The translations under genes and the position numbers were made by a program. DNA of 64,000 bases, taken from the NCBI RefSeq assembly GCF_009914755.1, contig NC_060930.1; one strand, given 5' to 3'. This document shows positions 14,321 to 30,199 of the stretch, in pieces. The notes under the pieces were generated by a model. That model saw only the letters and a list, made by a program, of their open reading frames with translations. It ran no database searches and was not told where the DNA came from. Numbering within the stretch: the stretch's first letter is position 1; the number at the start of each line of letters is the position of its first letter. The DNA is from the human T2T-CHM13v2.0 reference genome, Homo sapiens.

Positions 14321-16489
14321 AAAGTCACGAGGGACCTCCAAATTTCTAAATCCAATAGTCAATTCTTAGTTATTGTCACTTGTGACCAAATAGCAGCATT
14401 TGGCAAAGTTGATCAATGGTTACTTTTTGAGAAATTTTCTTTATATATTCTCTAGGTTGTTTTTTTAAGAAAAAATTATTTAACTCACTTTAGTATCCTT
14501 TGCTAAGTCCTCTTTGTGTAAGATTGCCCCAGGACTTAGTCCTTGGATCTCTTCTCTCTCAGTACTCACTCCTTTGTTAATATCAATCTCATTCTTGGCT
14601 TTGAATATCTTCTCTACAGTGATGATTTCCAAGCTTACATCTCTAGCCTGAACCTAAGACTTGCTTGATCCACAGGCTACTAGACATCTCCCCTTGGTGT
14701 CTAATAGCTACCTCAAACTTAACGTATCCCAAACCATACCCAAAACCATATCCTGATGCCTTTCACCCTACTTCACCCATAACCTTCCTCTTCCCAGTAA
14801 ATGTTAACTCTCTCCTTCCAATTGCTTCAGCAAAAGAAACTGTGGACTAATCCTTGAGTCTCGCTCATTTCTCATATCCTGTTATTAGATTCTGCAGGTC
14901 TTACCCTAACAACATCCAGACTCTCAGCTCATTCTTACGCTGCTGTCGTGGTCTGAGCCACCGCCACCGTCTCCTCCTTGGGTTGTTCTGCTCTCCTCCT
15001 CACGGTCTCGCTGTTCACATTCTTTTCTGCCTTCTTTATAGTCTTAATTGAGCACCCTGCATGAGCTTCATACACAAAAATCAAATTGTCTCACTTTTCT
15101 GTTTCAACCCTCCCCCTCCGCCAGTATTTTCTCAGATCACTTGGAATTAAAAGTGCTGAAGGTGGCTCACAGGCTCCCTGTTGCCCCTCTGCCTTCATCT
15201 CTCTGGACTCTCCTTGGCTCAATCCATTCCTGTAACACCCTCTTCTTTGCTGTTTGAATCCCGCTCTTGCCTGGAATATGCTGGCCCAGAAAATCATCAC
15301 TTGCTCCCTCACTGCCTTCAAAGCTTTGGTCAAATTTACCTTAACAGAGGGGCCTTCCCTGATGTCAGCTCGTGCTCTACACTCCCTGTGCCTCTTAGCA
15401 CTTATCACTACCTAGACAGTTACTTTATTGTTTGTCTACTGGCACCAGAATGTAAGGTAGGCAGGGACTTTGTCTTGTTTATTCTGTGTCTCCAGAACAC
15501 AGAACAGTGTTGGGTACACAGTAGGTGCTCAATAAACATTTGTAGAATGAATGAAAGAACAAACAGCTGAAAGGGCCAGCTACAGCCTCCTTGGCTTAGG
15601 TGAAGAAGCAAGTTTTTCCCGTTGCATTTTGCACGTGTGCTTCATTCTAGTGGATCCAGAGTCCGTCCTTCCTCTCCTTGTGAATTTTGTCTCAAGGATC
15701 TTGTTTGCCTCTTGTGTGACCTCTTTTGGACTGTCCTGGGCGATTCACCCATCTTCTCAAAGAATTGGCCTCGCAGATACCTGGTGACATCGTACGTGAC
15801 TCTCTACCACAGGTTCTTGTTCATGAGGCTCCAGAACTCCGTTTTACACCATGGGGAGGGCTGATCCTCCACCTGCTGAGGTCTGACCAGGGTCACCAAG
15901 GGCAGCACCGGGTTCTCCTTTTGCAAAAGTGCAGAAAAGCAATCATGAAACCATCAGAGGAGAGGATGGAGGTGTGGAGGCCTGCCCAGTCATAGGATTC
16001 TGGAGGAGGGATGAGTGCGCTGGGCAGGCTGCTGAGGAGGTGCTGCTTCCTGGTGCCCCCTCCTTTCCAGCACTGTCTCTGGGAAAGGTTGTTGGAACCA
16101 GAAAACACACAGCCTTGGTTGATGAAAAGCCTGTTTATTCCTAGTACACTGGACACTTTGTTCAGGAATAGTTCATCCATTTGAAAATATTGCCCTTGTA
16201 ATGGTGCCAAGGTCATTGCCTGCTGGGGTTATCAGCACTGTGTGTGCCAGCTCTGACTGGGTGTTTTAATAGGTGGATCATTTCCCTGCCAGAGGGACTA
16301 AAGAACGTTGAATGGTTAATTTGTATTCAGTGCTATCCCTGCATACAGTCTTCATATTAAGTTTTTGTTGGGACTTTAAGAAAAAAAAAGAGAAATGAAT
16401 AAATAGGTTAGGATGCAATGAACTGCTTTAAAAAGGAATTTTAAGTGGTACTGACTCATTTTAGAGTTCTCCATACCCATCTGATAATA

Positions 16490-16740
16490 ATAGTATACCT
16501 ACCTTTGCAAAGTACTGGGGAGTTTGCCAACAACAACAACAACAACAACAAACCCTTGTATTCATTGTCTCCTTTGATGCTCAAATCAATCCTGTAAGGT
16601 AGGGTGGTGTGGTCCCCTATTTTAGGTGAGAAAACTGAGGCTCAGGGAAATTAAATGGCTTTTGTCAAACAAGGTCAAAGAATTAACACAGTGGAACCAG
16701 CATTGTGACCCACGTCTCTTCATGCCCAGGTTTGACCGTG
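16490..16740 (-). mobile_element. MIR
   Basis: ttttaggtgagaaaactgaggctcagggaaattaaatgg core. Confidence 0.75.
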
Positions 16741-17199
16741 TCCAGCCCATCATGGTGAGCTGGGCAGGTGTAGAGGGGAAGGATCTAGCTGGGTTTGGAC
16801 AGAGATGCTTGAAGTGTCGAAGTGAATGTGAGTGAAGAATAATTTTGTTACTAGCTATAGCCCTCTGTCAGCCAACACATGGTAATAAATACAGTTGCTC
16901 ACCTTGAAAATGGTGTGAAGCCCCTACCTGCCGAGTGGATGATGAGTATCCACTCAAGTGTGGCCAGGCCTGGGGAGGCAAACATCCCAGGCAGCAGCCT
17001 GTGGCACTGTGGGAAAATCTCTACTCTGGTTTTTAAGAGATCAGAGTTCTAGTGCCAGCTCCACAGTACATAGGTCCATTGTGTGACTTTGAGCAAACAA
17101 GGTCTATAATCTGTAAAAACAGATTTGATCACATCTGTTCATCCCCCTGGTATACACAGCCAAGTTTTATTGCAATGTACCAGTGGCTGGAATAAAGAA

Positions 17200-17960
17200 A
17201 TAAAAAGCTCGCCCATCAAGTTTGTGAATGCCATGAAGCTAGAGTGTAGCTAATAATGACAAATGACAGATAAGTTTTCTTGAAGACCTTGAGACTTGTA
17301 GGAACATTTAGATGAAACGTCTAAGGTAAATGCACAGAATTGTATTTAGGTTTAACAAAAATTGCACCAGTGACAGCATTTGTTCTTGATGCACATCTTG
17401 TTTACTTGTTGAAAGGATTTGTTGAAAGGGAATACACAGGTTTGGGCTCGAGAAGATTTAAGAGTTTTAATTGACTCAAATCTCAATATGAATGGGGATT
17501 GACAAAGAAGTTAGCACAACCATGGGCACTCCCAACACAAGTGTAGAATCTAGGACAAGGAACCACATTGGGCTTGCATGCACGGCCAGGAGAGCATTGG
17601 GTTCTGTAAGCATGTGCTTAATAAGGTTATTGACAAACTGGAACTAGCGTAAATGGTTGGGAAATCATGGTCTATGTCAGGGGTTTTAAGGCCTGTAAGG
17701 AGAACACTTAGTGGGCTGACATGATGGTGGTTTGCACAGAAATAAATGGCAAGGAGGATGAGGAAGTGCATAATCCATGTGGGTATCTGCAGGGCCAAAG
17801 CTAATCCAGCAAATGAAACTAAAGGGAGGCAGAGTTTACCTGTAAAAATGGAAGCAGGAGGCCTTGCCAGGTGGTGAGCTTCTTGTCAGATGTGCAGGCA
17901 GTGGCAGCCTGACCTCCTTGTGGGGACTGGCGCGGAGGTTCCAGCACCATGTGGGATTGG
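17200..17960 (+). mobile_element. L3/CR1 fragment
   Basis: Degenerate CR1 RT 3' words (agaagatttaagagttttaattgac; attgacaaactggaa; ggtggtgagcttcttgtc). Confidence 0.5.
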
Positions 17961-18240
17961 AGCTAAGGAAGGGCTCTTGACTGACAGCAGCAATCTAGGA
18001 AATGGGACAATGAGTGAGATGAAAACTGGAAACGCTCTGTAAATGTGAGGTTGTACTGTTAGGCGCTGAGGAGGAAGGCCCTGAGCATTCCCCTCAACTC
18101 AGACTTTCCACCGTTCCCAGGTAGGGCGAGAAGTCTCTGTCTATAGTCACTCCTTACTATCTACAGCCAGTCTCTAAGCTCTGCCCATCCCTCTGCATAT
18201 GCCTGCACACAGTCACACAGTTTGCTAAGAAGTGTTTGTT

Positions 18241-18466
18241 CGTTTGTTTTAGACAAGGTCTCACTCTGTTGCCCAGGCTGGAGTGTTCCTAAGCAGCTGG
18301 GACTATAGGCATGTGCCACCACGCCAAGCTAATTTTTTAATTTTTTTGTAGAGATGGAGTTTCGCCATGTTGTCCAGGCTGGTCTGGGACTCCTGGGCTC
18401 AAGCAGTCCTCCCACCTAAGCCTCCCAAAGTGTTGGAATTACAGGCGTGAGCCACCGCGCCCAGCC
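18241..18466 (-). mobile_element. AluJ with internal deletion
   Basis: ctcctgggctcaagcagtcctcccacc; right arm partly deleted. Confidence 0.9.
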
Positions 18467-20524
18467 TGCTGAGACTTTTGAATGTGTTCTGTTTCCACTA
18501 CACAATTGAGAACACTGAAGTACCAGTGACTTCCAGGGTGGGGAAGAAATCCAGAGGCTGCTCCTGAAAGGGGTCACCCTTGAGTGTGAGTCTGTTCCAA
18601 GTAAATCAAGTGAGCTGGAAGATCGGTGAGCTTGGATTTATTTTGTATCTTTTTTTTTTTCTTTTTAAAGGGGAGCTGTAGAATTAAGGGTTGAGGTTTT
18701 TCTTATTCTCTTTAGAGGTTTTTTGGCTACCTAATACATCAGCTGAACTAATCTGCAGAAAATAAATTTATCTTTAAAGTAGAGCTATTTAGATGCCTGA
18801 GTAACAAACTCTATCTCAATAGAAGCTATTGGCAAAATGAAGCTCACCTCTTAGGCTGACAGCACTGTGGAAATGATGCTCAAAGTTTCAGGGGTGAAAC
18901 CAGATTGGCTTCTGGCCAAGGGTACCTTACTAATGGGCGTATTTGCATTTGGGGAGGAAAAGACCTGTGACAACACAGCCACGTGGTTGTTCCTCATAAC
19001 CCACAGTTGGGTTTCATCTGGACTCCCTCCCCACCCCTAACGTCTGCCGATGTATCTGTGTCTAAAGCCATAGTTTACTCTTTTTTATCCTCATCCTTCA
19101 ACCAGCCCTACATCTTACGTGCCTGCTGTCCAGACTTCTCTTAAATCTATCTGTTCCTTTCCACCCCAACTATCAACTCAACTGAATAGCCACTAAATGA
19201 GGCACTGTGCTAAGCTCTGAATTGCAAAGATCATTAGGGCATTTGGTCTTATTACTTCAGTCCTGGGTTATGCACCTGTGCTAGGAGGTGCAGCTGATTT
19301 TCCTGATTATGCTTCCAGACGTGCCACTCCTTCTCATACACACAACTCTTGCTCAGACACTGTCCTGTACTTCCTGTAAGGTACAGTCAAAACCTGCGTT
19401 TTTCAGAGGCCTCTGCAGCCTGCACCCATTGTGATTGTGCAGTCTTAGCTCCTTTTGGCCTTGTGGAAGGAGAGTGGATTCTAGAAAGATCCCTGCCCAG
19501 CCACTTCCTGCCCACTGTGACCTTGAGCAAAATCTCTGGCTCCAAGTGTTGCATGGGTGGTGGTGAAGGGGTAGCAAGGAAACTTGAGTGGGTTTGTCAG
19601 AACTAGGAGCAGTAAGAAAACTTGAAAGAGCCTCCTGTCTTAAGAAGGCACTTGACTGCCTCTGATCAATTCAGGGAGGCTTCAACAGCTCTTAAGAGGA
19701 TTAGGCCAAAGGACTTCAGTGAAACTTTTGTGCTTTTGTTCCCTAGAGTGGAAACCCTTGACACGTGTTACACACAAACAACACTTGGGGTGGAACAAGA
19801 GCTTTACAATGATCTGTCTGGGACCCATAATACAATTCAGCATCTCTTTAGAGCTTCAGTCTATCAAACATTTTCAGACTATTTCATTTAACCTTAACAG
19901 TTATTGAAATGCTTGGGGGGGAAAAAAACCTCCACATTTGAGATTTCCATAGCAGAAGCATCACCAGCAGCCTCAACAGCCATTCAAAAAGATATCGTCT
20001 GCAGGCTTGTTACCTCTTATCGTCCCTCCATTGTATTATAGAACTCTTATTCTTAGAGAGATTGCCTGGAAAGAGGTAAAGTATGCATAGACATGGTCAG
20101 CCCCATTTGCAGCTGAGGAAATGAGACTCAGAGTGGCAAAGTGACTTTTTCAGAATCATAGCAGTAAATGGTAGCATTAGGAAGCTAAGCCTGATCATCC
20201 TGTTCTTGTCCTGTTGAGGAGATAGTGAGAGCAAAGGAAAGTGGCAACAATGAAGGAATAAAACCCAGCTCGTCCCCCTGTTCCTCATGCCCAACCCTTG
20301 CCAAGACTTCAGGTAACAGAAGGAAGAGAACACATGGATGGGCACATGCTGGGCCCGGAAGAGCTGTGCATGTCCCACAGACCACGAGTGTGGAGCCCAT
20401 GGCCGTGTGAAGGGGGTGGGGTCCCAGTCCTAGAAGCAGGATCATGGAAGTGGCCTTGGAGGACCTGACGAGGAAGCCTATGATCTTCCAGGTACTTTTA
20501 GGTGATGTGGATTTAGACACTGGA

Positions 20525-21050
20525 TGTGGCTGTGAAGCGGGCTTTTGCTTTTTTGGTTGTCCGGCATCCATTTAATCACGCCCCAGCTTCCTGCTTGGGA
20601 ACTTCCACTAACGCTGTCAGTCCATGGACTTCTAGAGGAGCTGAATCTACCGCTGGCTCAGGAACAGGAACCTGACCTGGGCCTAAGCTAATGAATCCAT
20701 CAAATTTACCTTGGCAAAGTGATTGCCTCAGGAATGGGCAGTGACCCAACTAGAGCCAATAGGACTTTTCCCAGGTATCCTGAAACAGACAGTCTTTTTC
20801 TCATGGATGTGGACCTGAGACAGTATAGTTCTGGGAGTTGCTGACAACCATCTTATGGTCATGAGCTGATTTGAGATTGGCTTCAACAAGCAGGAAGTGG
20901 AACAGATGGAGATAAATTGGATCCTGGTAAAATTTGTTTGGAATCTTGTATATGTTGATTTTTCTCCTGAATTTTTTTCAGTTATATGAACCAATACATT
21001 TTGTTTGTTTAACCCAATATGGGTCATGTCTTCTCTCAACTGCAGGTGAC
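20525..21050 (+). mobile_element. Old MLT1-type LTR
   Basis: gggcagtgacccaactagagccaatagg; gagttgctgacaaccatctt; ttatatgaaccaatacatt. Confidence 0.6.
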
Positions 21051-21344
21051 TGCAGTTTACTTGTTTCATAAAGTAGGATTTTAAACATAAACAGTATGCA
21101 GAATAAAAGTTTGTCATACAGATTTCTTATCATGGAACTTCTTTTTTATAGAATTGTGGAAAGCTTACAAAGGGCTTCTGCTTCTGACTACGATGGAGTG
21201 ACTGGTATCAGATGGCCCTCTTGTCAGGAACAACCATAAAAGCTATACTTCACCCAGCTTTTTGATAGCATGGAGAAATGTCAAGGCAGCTGGGATTGGA
21301 AGGAGTAGATAGGATCCCTGACAGAATGAAGTACAGTTCCAATA

Positions 21345-21805
21345 GAAAAGAAAGCCCAGATTTTGTGGAAAGTGACAAGCTAATTTCAAAATTTATATGG
21401 AAAGGTAAAAGTCCAAGAATAGCAAAGATTCTCAGGAAAAAGAAAAAACATTTTCTTAACATGACTAAATATGAAAACTTATTATCTGGTTACAGTAACT
21501 AAAACAGAATGATATGACCTCAAGTATAGATAAATAGATTATTGGAACAAAATAAAAAATCCAGACCCAGAAATATACAGTCTTTTATTTTCAGCAAAGG
21601 TGCCACTGCAATGCAGTGAAGAAAAGATGAGCTTTTCAATAAACAATGTGCTGAGTCAATTGGATATATACTTGAGAAAAAATGAACTTGACCCCTACCT
21701 CACACTATACACAAAAATCACTTTCAGATTGATTACAGACCTAAATGTGAAAGATAAACAGTAAAGCTTCTAAAAGATAGCATTAAAGAATATCTTCATG
21801 GCCTT
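21345..21805 (+). mobile_element. L1M ORF2 3' fragment
   Basis: Translates to DKLISKFIWKGKSPRIAKIL; gacccctacctcacactatacacaaaaatca. Confidence 0.85.
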
Positions 21806-22269
21806 GTTCATTCTGGTATTTCCTCAAGAGTTTGGTACGTGGTCAGTGTTTGATAATTGTCCATTACATGAATTATGGAGTAGGGGAAATAAAGTGAGAG
21901 CAATGGATGGGAGGCTGGTGTGAGAGCAGCAAAGGTAGCAGTCATAGGATCAGGGAGAAAGGACACACTTCATCATTCTGGGGTAATTTTTAGCAAAAGA
22001 TACATAATCCCTCCATCAAGGAAGGTGGAAGCCATGGCAGGTTGGAGGAGCAGGCCAGGAAGGCTCTAAGCCAGCCAAGCCCACAGAAAGTCAAACATTT
22101 GTACTCTCCTGAGGACTCCAGGCTTTTAGCTTGTGGCACTTCATTCAAAATTTCTGTCCTTGTATTTCGTAGTTGTTTTAAGAATCGGAATAACTATATA
22201 TTATTAGTTAATAACTTACATATTTCACTTGTTAAATTTTGGCGTTGCTGCTTACAAAGTGCCACAGCT

Positions 22270-23158
<889 letters not shown>

Positions 23159-25395
23159 CAGTCATGATGTACTTTCATCAGAACACACAGTTTGCAGTAA
23201 CTGCTGTTATGAAAAAACAGTTGCTTGTGTCTTATGTTTCAAATATACATCTATATAGTATCTAACAGTTTCTATTTACTCTAACAGTCAATGATGTCAA
23301 TTTCAGTGGCGTCTACAAATTAAAAGCCCCAAATACAATGTCCTTCCACCCAAAACAGACGTGTGAACACGTTGATATTGTGTGGTTTCTATAACACGCT
23401 CATGAGACTGAGGGAGGAGTAAATACATAGCACTTTTATACTCAATTCTCGAGTAAGTGTCCTGCATTTTGACTTGGGCTCAGAAGGTGTTTCTCACGGT
23501 CTGGTAGGAAGCCTGGTGAGGGAGGCTGACACTCTAGTTCACCTGAAGGCAGAACAGAAATGACGATGGGGAGCTGGTGTTGGAGGCAGGGAGGAGAACG
23601 TCCTGGTAATCTGGTTGGAAGTGGCCAGTCTTTCTGTTTAGATAAAAGAAAAAACTCAAACTAGACTTCAACGTAAAAATGCCTCATGGGCTATACATAA
23701 GACTCCATGTAAAACTATGTGTTACTGAAAGCCTAAAAACAAAGGATTGACAAAATCATACGAAGCAAAGGCAAATAAAAAATAGGGATTGGCACCTCTA
23801 AAATCAAACAAGTTTGAATTTAGAGAAGTATTATTAAATTATCAGAAGAAGTATTAAGCAAGACAAAGCATGATGTTTTGTAATGATAAAAGTGTAAACC
23901 ACAATGAAACCCTAGCTATATATCTAGTTACAAATAGATATATAGTAAATTATAATAGTGATAAATTCATAAGACATAAACTACAGAAATTCAAAGAGAA
24001 ATAGAAAAATACTAATCGTAGAAGATTTTAATTCTTTTACCTGAGACTTTGACAGGTACAAAAAAATAAGAATATTGAAGACTAAAATAATGTAATTTAA
24101 AAGATAGACTTTATGAACATATATTCAAATGCTATATCAGAATATATCTTCTTTAAAGTACTCATGCAATAATCACAAAATGTTACTCTTACATTAGATT
24201 GAAATAATGCTTCACTAATTTGCAAAATGGAGAAATAGTGCAGGTAAAACTCTCAGACAGCATTTCCACAAAATGGAAATTAGTTTTTAAATAATTTTAA
24301 ATCTAAAAACCTTATCATTTAGAACATTTAAACTCTTCATTAACTTTCTGATCAAATAGGAAATTTAAAAGTATAGGAAATCTACAAAGTAACAGCAACA
24401 CATATATAATCAGAATCTATGGGATATTGCTAAATCGATAAACAAGAAAGAAAATAAATGAAGTATCCAGTTCTAGAAGTTTAAAAGAACAATAACACTA
24501 AGGCAAACAGATGGAAAGAATACTAACTAAAAAAAAATCAATCCAATAACTGATTCTTTAGGGGAAAAATAAAAAACTATGTAGATGTTAATTAATCTAA
24601 TCAAGAAAATAGGGAGAAAGCACAAATATATAAAATTTTAATAAATGAAGTGAAGAAATCATAAAAGGCTACTTTGTTTAACTATATGTAAATAAATGGC
24701 TAAATGGATGTTTTTCGAGGAAACATAAATTTCCAAAATTGGTCAGAACAGAAAGCTAAACAGACAAATTAACATGGAGAAATTAGAAAATGTTATTAAT
24801 AATATTAATAACTAAATAGCAATAGGCTCGTATAGTTTATTAAGCAAATTCTATAAAACTTTTAAGGAACTGGTAATTTCAATGCTATTTAAGATGTTTC
24901 AGAACAAAGGAGGAGAATCAAAGGTGCAAATTCTTCTTATGAAGGCAGTATAACATTGATATGAAAACCCAACAAAATGGCAACAAAAATAAATAAAATT
25001 ATAGCCCAATCTCACCTAATGAATATTGCTGTAAAAATCTAGAATAAAAGAAACAGACCCATTAAAGTCAGAAAATAGATGAAAATATGTATTATTATTT
25101 AACAATGAACTGGAAATGCTAGTCAACATAATTAAACAAGAGAAAAATAGAGGTTTGAAAACTTGAACGTAGGAAGTAAAATTACCATTTTGTGTAGATA
25201 ATATTTACTTTAGAATTCAAGACAATCAACTAAAAATATGTTATAAATAATAAGAATATTTAAGAAGCATGTTACAGAGTTAACATTAGGAAATCAATAG
25301 TCTAATTATGTAGAAACAATAGCCAGTTAAAATGTGACAGAAGAAAAAACTCATGTATAATAGGAACAAAAAAATAAGTTGTCCAGAACAAATTG

Positions 25396-25532
25396 TTTTG
25401 TGTGTTTGTTTTGAGACAGAGTCTTCGTTATGTTGCCCAGACTGGATTCAAACTCTTGGCTTCAAGTGCTCCTCTCACTTCAGCCTTAAGAGTAGCTGAG
25501 ACTACAGGCAGGTGCTACTACTGCCCACAGCC
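25396..25532 (-). mobile_element. FLAM_A-like Alu monomer
   Basis: Single monomer; degenerate TSD ccagaacaaatt/ccagaataaatt. Confidence 0.8.
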
Positions 25533-25810
25533 AGAATAAATTTAAAAGGAAATTGTGCAAGGACTATGTAGAGAAAACTTGAAAATGCAAATGAAGATTT
25601 TAAAAAATAGAAAGACATGATGTTCTTGGGTAGGAATATTCAACACTGTAAATATGTCAATTCTCCCTAAAGTAATATATAAATGTAAAACAATGACAAT
25701 AAAAATACTATCAGAATATTCTTTTGGAATTAAATAAGCTGATTGTATAGTCTATTATAAAAATAAATAATTACTAACCAGAAACAAATCTGAAAAAGGA
25801 TACAAGGAGG

Positions 25811-26422
25811 TGTATTAGTTTTCTATTACTGCATAACAAATTATCATAAATTTAGTGTATTAACACAATACCTATGTATTAGCTCTCAGTTCTGTGGGTA
25901 AGAAGTCCCAGCACAGCAAGAACGGGTTCTCAACTCAAGGTCTAATGAGGCTGAAATCCAGGTGTCAGCCAGGCTGCATTCTGATCTGGAGGAGGGACTG
26001 TGGGAGAATCAGCCTCCAATTTCATTGAGTGTGTTGGACAAATTTAATTCCTTGTGGTTCTAGGATTGAGGACCCAGTTTCCTCGCTGACTGTCAGCCAG
26101 GGCCTCTCAGCTCCCCAGAGGCCTCCCTCATTCCTGGCCACACAGCCCCCTCCATTTTTAAAGCCAGCCAGGAAGAATCTCCCTCATATTGATTTCCTTC
26201 TTGTTTTGAATCTAGTCTCCAGGAAAAGCCCATTCTATTTTAAGGTCTCACCTGGGTCAGGTCTACTCAGCATAATCGCTCTTTTTTAAAGTCAGCTGTG
26301 CTAAATAACATAACTTAATCATGGAGTAACGATCCCATCATTCACAAATTCCAGGGGTTATAAAAGATGTTTATACCTGGGAGCAGGAATCTTGGGGATC
26401 AACTTAGAATTCTGCCTACCAC
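25811..26422 (-). mobile_element. MLT1D/E-like LTR
   Basis: Starts tgtattagttttctattactgcataacaaatt and ends ttagaattctgcctaccaca. Confidence 0.85.
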
Positions 26423-26510
26423 AGGGGGTAATAGCCTTACTATTACTATTACTATTGCTATTACTAATATAAAAACATACTAGAAGGTAACAGTTAAACA
26501 GTATGACACT

Positions 26511-26774
26511 CCAAGGTGGGCGGATCGCTTGAGCCCAGGAGTTCGAGACCAGTCTGGGCGACATAGAGAAACCCCCATCTCTACTAAAAATAAAAAAAAT
26601 TAAAAATTAGCTGGGCATGGTGGTGCATGCCCATAGTCTCAGCTACTTGTGAGGCTGAGGCAGGAGGATCACTTGATCCCAGGGAAGTTGAGGCTACAAT
26701 GAGCTCTGATCGTGCCACTGCACTCCAACCTGGGTGACAGAGTAAGACCCTGTCTCAAAAAAACAAAACAAAAC
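26511..26774 (+). mobile_element. 5'-truncated AluJ
   Basis: TSD CAGTATGACACT at 26499-26510 and 26775-26786. Confidence 0.92.
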
Positions 26775-26834
26775 CAGTATGACACTGATGAACAAATAGG
26801 TCAATATTTATTGATCAATAAATAATAGATTCAG

Positions 26835-27119
<285 letters not shown>

Positions 27120-27429
27120 CTAAATTGAAGTCAAGGAATAAATCCAAAAGCATATAGAGATATAGAACATGAGAAAGACGATTTTCAAATTTTTGGTGAA
27201 AAAGATCAATTATTTCGTAAATGACAGCCATCTGGAAAAAGTAGAGTAAGATCTTATATTAATTATATAAAAATCACATAACTGCTATAACAAACCCCAG
27301 GTTCTCAATGGTTTCACATAATTAAAGTTCATCCTTATGTATGTCATGTACGGTTGGCTGTTACCAGGTTGTGTAGTCTCTCTTATGGTCATTCAGGGAG
27401 CCAAGCTCTATTCATCTGGACACTCTCTA

Positions 27430-28030
<601 letters not shown>

Positions 28031-29228
28031 CTGGAATCTTCTCCAGAGCCTTCCCCATGGTGACTTGAGATGGCAGATAGGGAAAATGAGAGGGTCCCAT
28101 GACTGTCCCTCACATTCCACTGGCCAGAACTCAGTCACATGGTCATACGCAACTGCACGGGAAGGGGAGAAAATGTTGTCCAGCTGTGTGCCAAGAGGAA
28201 GGGGAGATGGATTTGATGAACAACTAGGCACCTCTTCCACAGATCCCTCACTCACACCTTGCACCAAAACAAACAGTAAAGGAATGAGATTAAAATGTGG
28301 TAAAGAGGAAGGAAGGAAAAAAGAGAGGAAGGGAGGGAGCCAGAAGAAATGGGAAAATTTTTAATTTTAAAAATAATTTTTAGAAATATTTTTAGAATTA
28401 AAAAAAAATCTCAGAATATAAAAGGTCCAAGTATGACTCAGAATGTAGAGCTATAAAAGAAAAAAGAAAAGATCAATTTAAACAATCTTGAAATTAAAAA
28501 AAATTCTACCTGACAAAAGAAAACACCACAAACAAAGTAAAAACAAGTCAAATTCTAACTGGGAAAAATCTGACACATTGATATCTCAACCAAAGTATAA
28601 ATTTCCTAAAGTATAAAGACCTCTTACAAATCAATTTTAAAAGAGCAATAAAACCCTATAGAGTAGTGAGCAGAACGTGTAAAGAGATAATTCACTGAAA
28701 AGGAATAAAAACAGTTTCTAAAAGTATGAAAGAATGATTCTTGACTTCACCTATAACTAGAAAAACACAAAGCTATATGTTTAACCTGTCAAACTGGCAA
28801 AGATTAAAAGATGGGTAACACGTTGTGTTGGTGATGGTGTGAAGTCAGGTTGGTGGGGTATAAATTGCTCTAACCTCTGTGAAAAGCAATTTGACAGTTA
28901 AATTCAGCATATCCTTGCTCTTTGATCCAGTAAACCCACTTCTAGCAGTTTATCTTGCAGATGTACATGATGAAAAGACAATGTACAGTAATACAGTAGT
29001 CATGGTGAAGATTTGACATACTTAAATGTTTGTCAATGTGGAAACAGTTAAATGCAATGGAATACCGTGGAGCCATATAAAGAACGAGGCCTAATATATA
29101 TGTGTGGTATGTATGGTCATGACTAGTATTCCATACTCTACTCTTAGTCACAAAAGCAACATAAAAATAGTGCATAGTGCGGAAGGGTAGACAGAGATTG
29201 ACTTCTGAGAGAGGAAGGAGAATATTTA

Positions 29229-29591
<363 letters not shown>

Positions 29592-29709
29592 TTATAGTAT
29601 ATCCACTTCAAAAACTTTTTGCTGTTCAAATTTTCTACAATGTGCATGTATTGGCCATTTTTAAAAGTAGATAATATATATTTAAATTTTGGAAGCAATG
29701 CCCTTCTTT

Positions 29710-30090
29710 GTGTTATTTGTGTCCTCTGAGATGCAAGTAATTTATTGGGGAACACACCTGTAATGGAAAATGGGGATGGAGCCAGAGGCGATGGGGAGGA
29801 CGCTCAGAGTGTGATGAAGGTCTGACCCTGGAGAAGACAGGAGAGAGGGAAGGAAATTTGGACAAGGTCAATGAACGTCCTTGAGCCAAAATTGCCCATC
29901 AGAAGTCCCACCTCTCCCAGGAGAAGGCGTGCCTTCCTATTCCTGCTACACTGAGAGGTTGGCTGAGGGCAGCCCCTGGGAAGCGCAGCCTCAGATGTGT
30001 TGATGGATTCAGAGCACAGCAGCTGGGGCCCTCGATCAGCTGCACTCCCTGCAGCAGATCTCATGGCTGTGGCCCCTCCAAAATCTGTGC
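29710..30090. mobile_element. Old ERVL-class LTR (LTR33/LTR40-like)
   Basis: tgcaagtaatttattgggg...gtgtgatgaaggtctgac...gggcagcccctgggaagc resembles ERVL LTRs; family uncertain. Confidence 0.4.
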
Positions 30091-30199
30091 TGATCACCTC
30101 TTCACTGAAGTTTGCAAATATTGCTCTTATGTGATGACTTCCTTGATTTTATAGTTACAGTGACTTGGATTCTTCTGATTCTAGGAAGTAACTTTTTTC

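Noticed and set aside
15560-16216. Calling a named TGF-beta/BMP/Nodal gene
   Set aside because: Only short motif resemblances, atypical spacing and no convincing cystine-knot remainder beyond the L2; kept only as a hypothesis.
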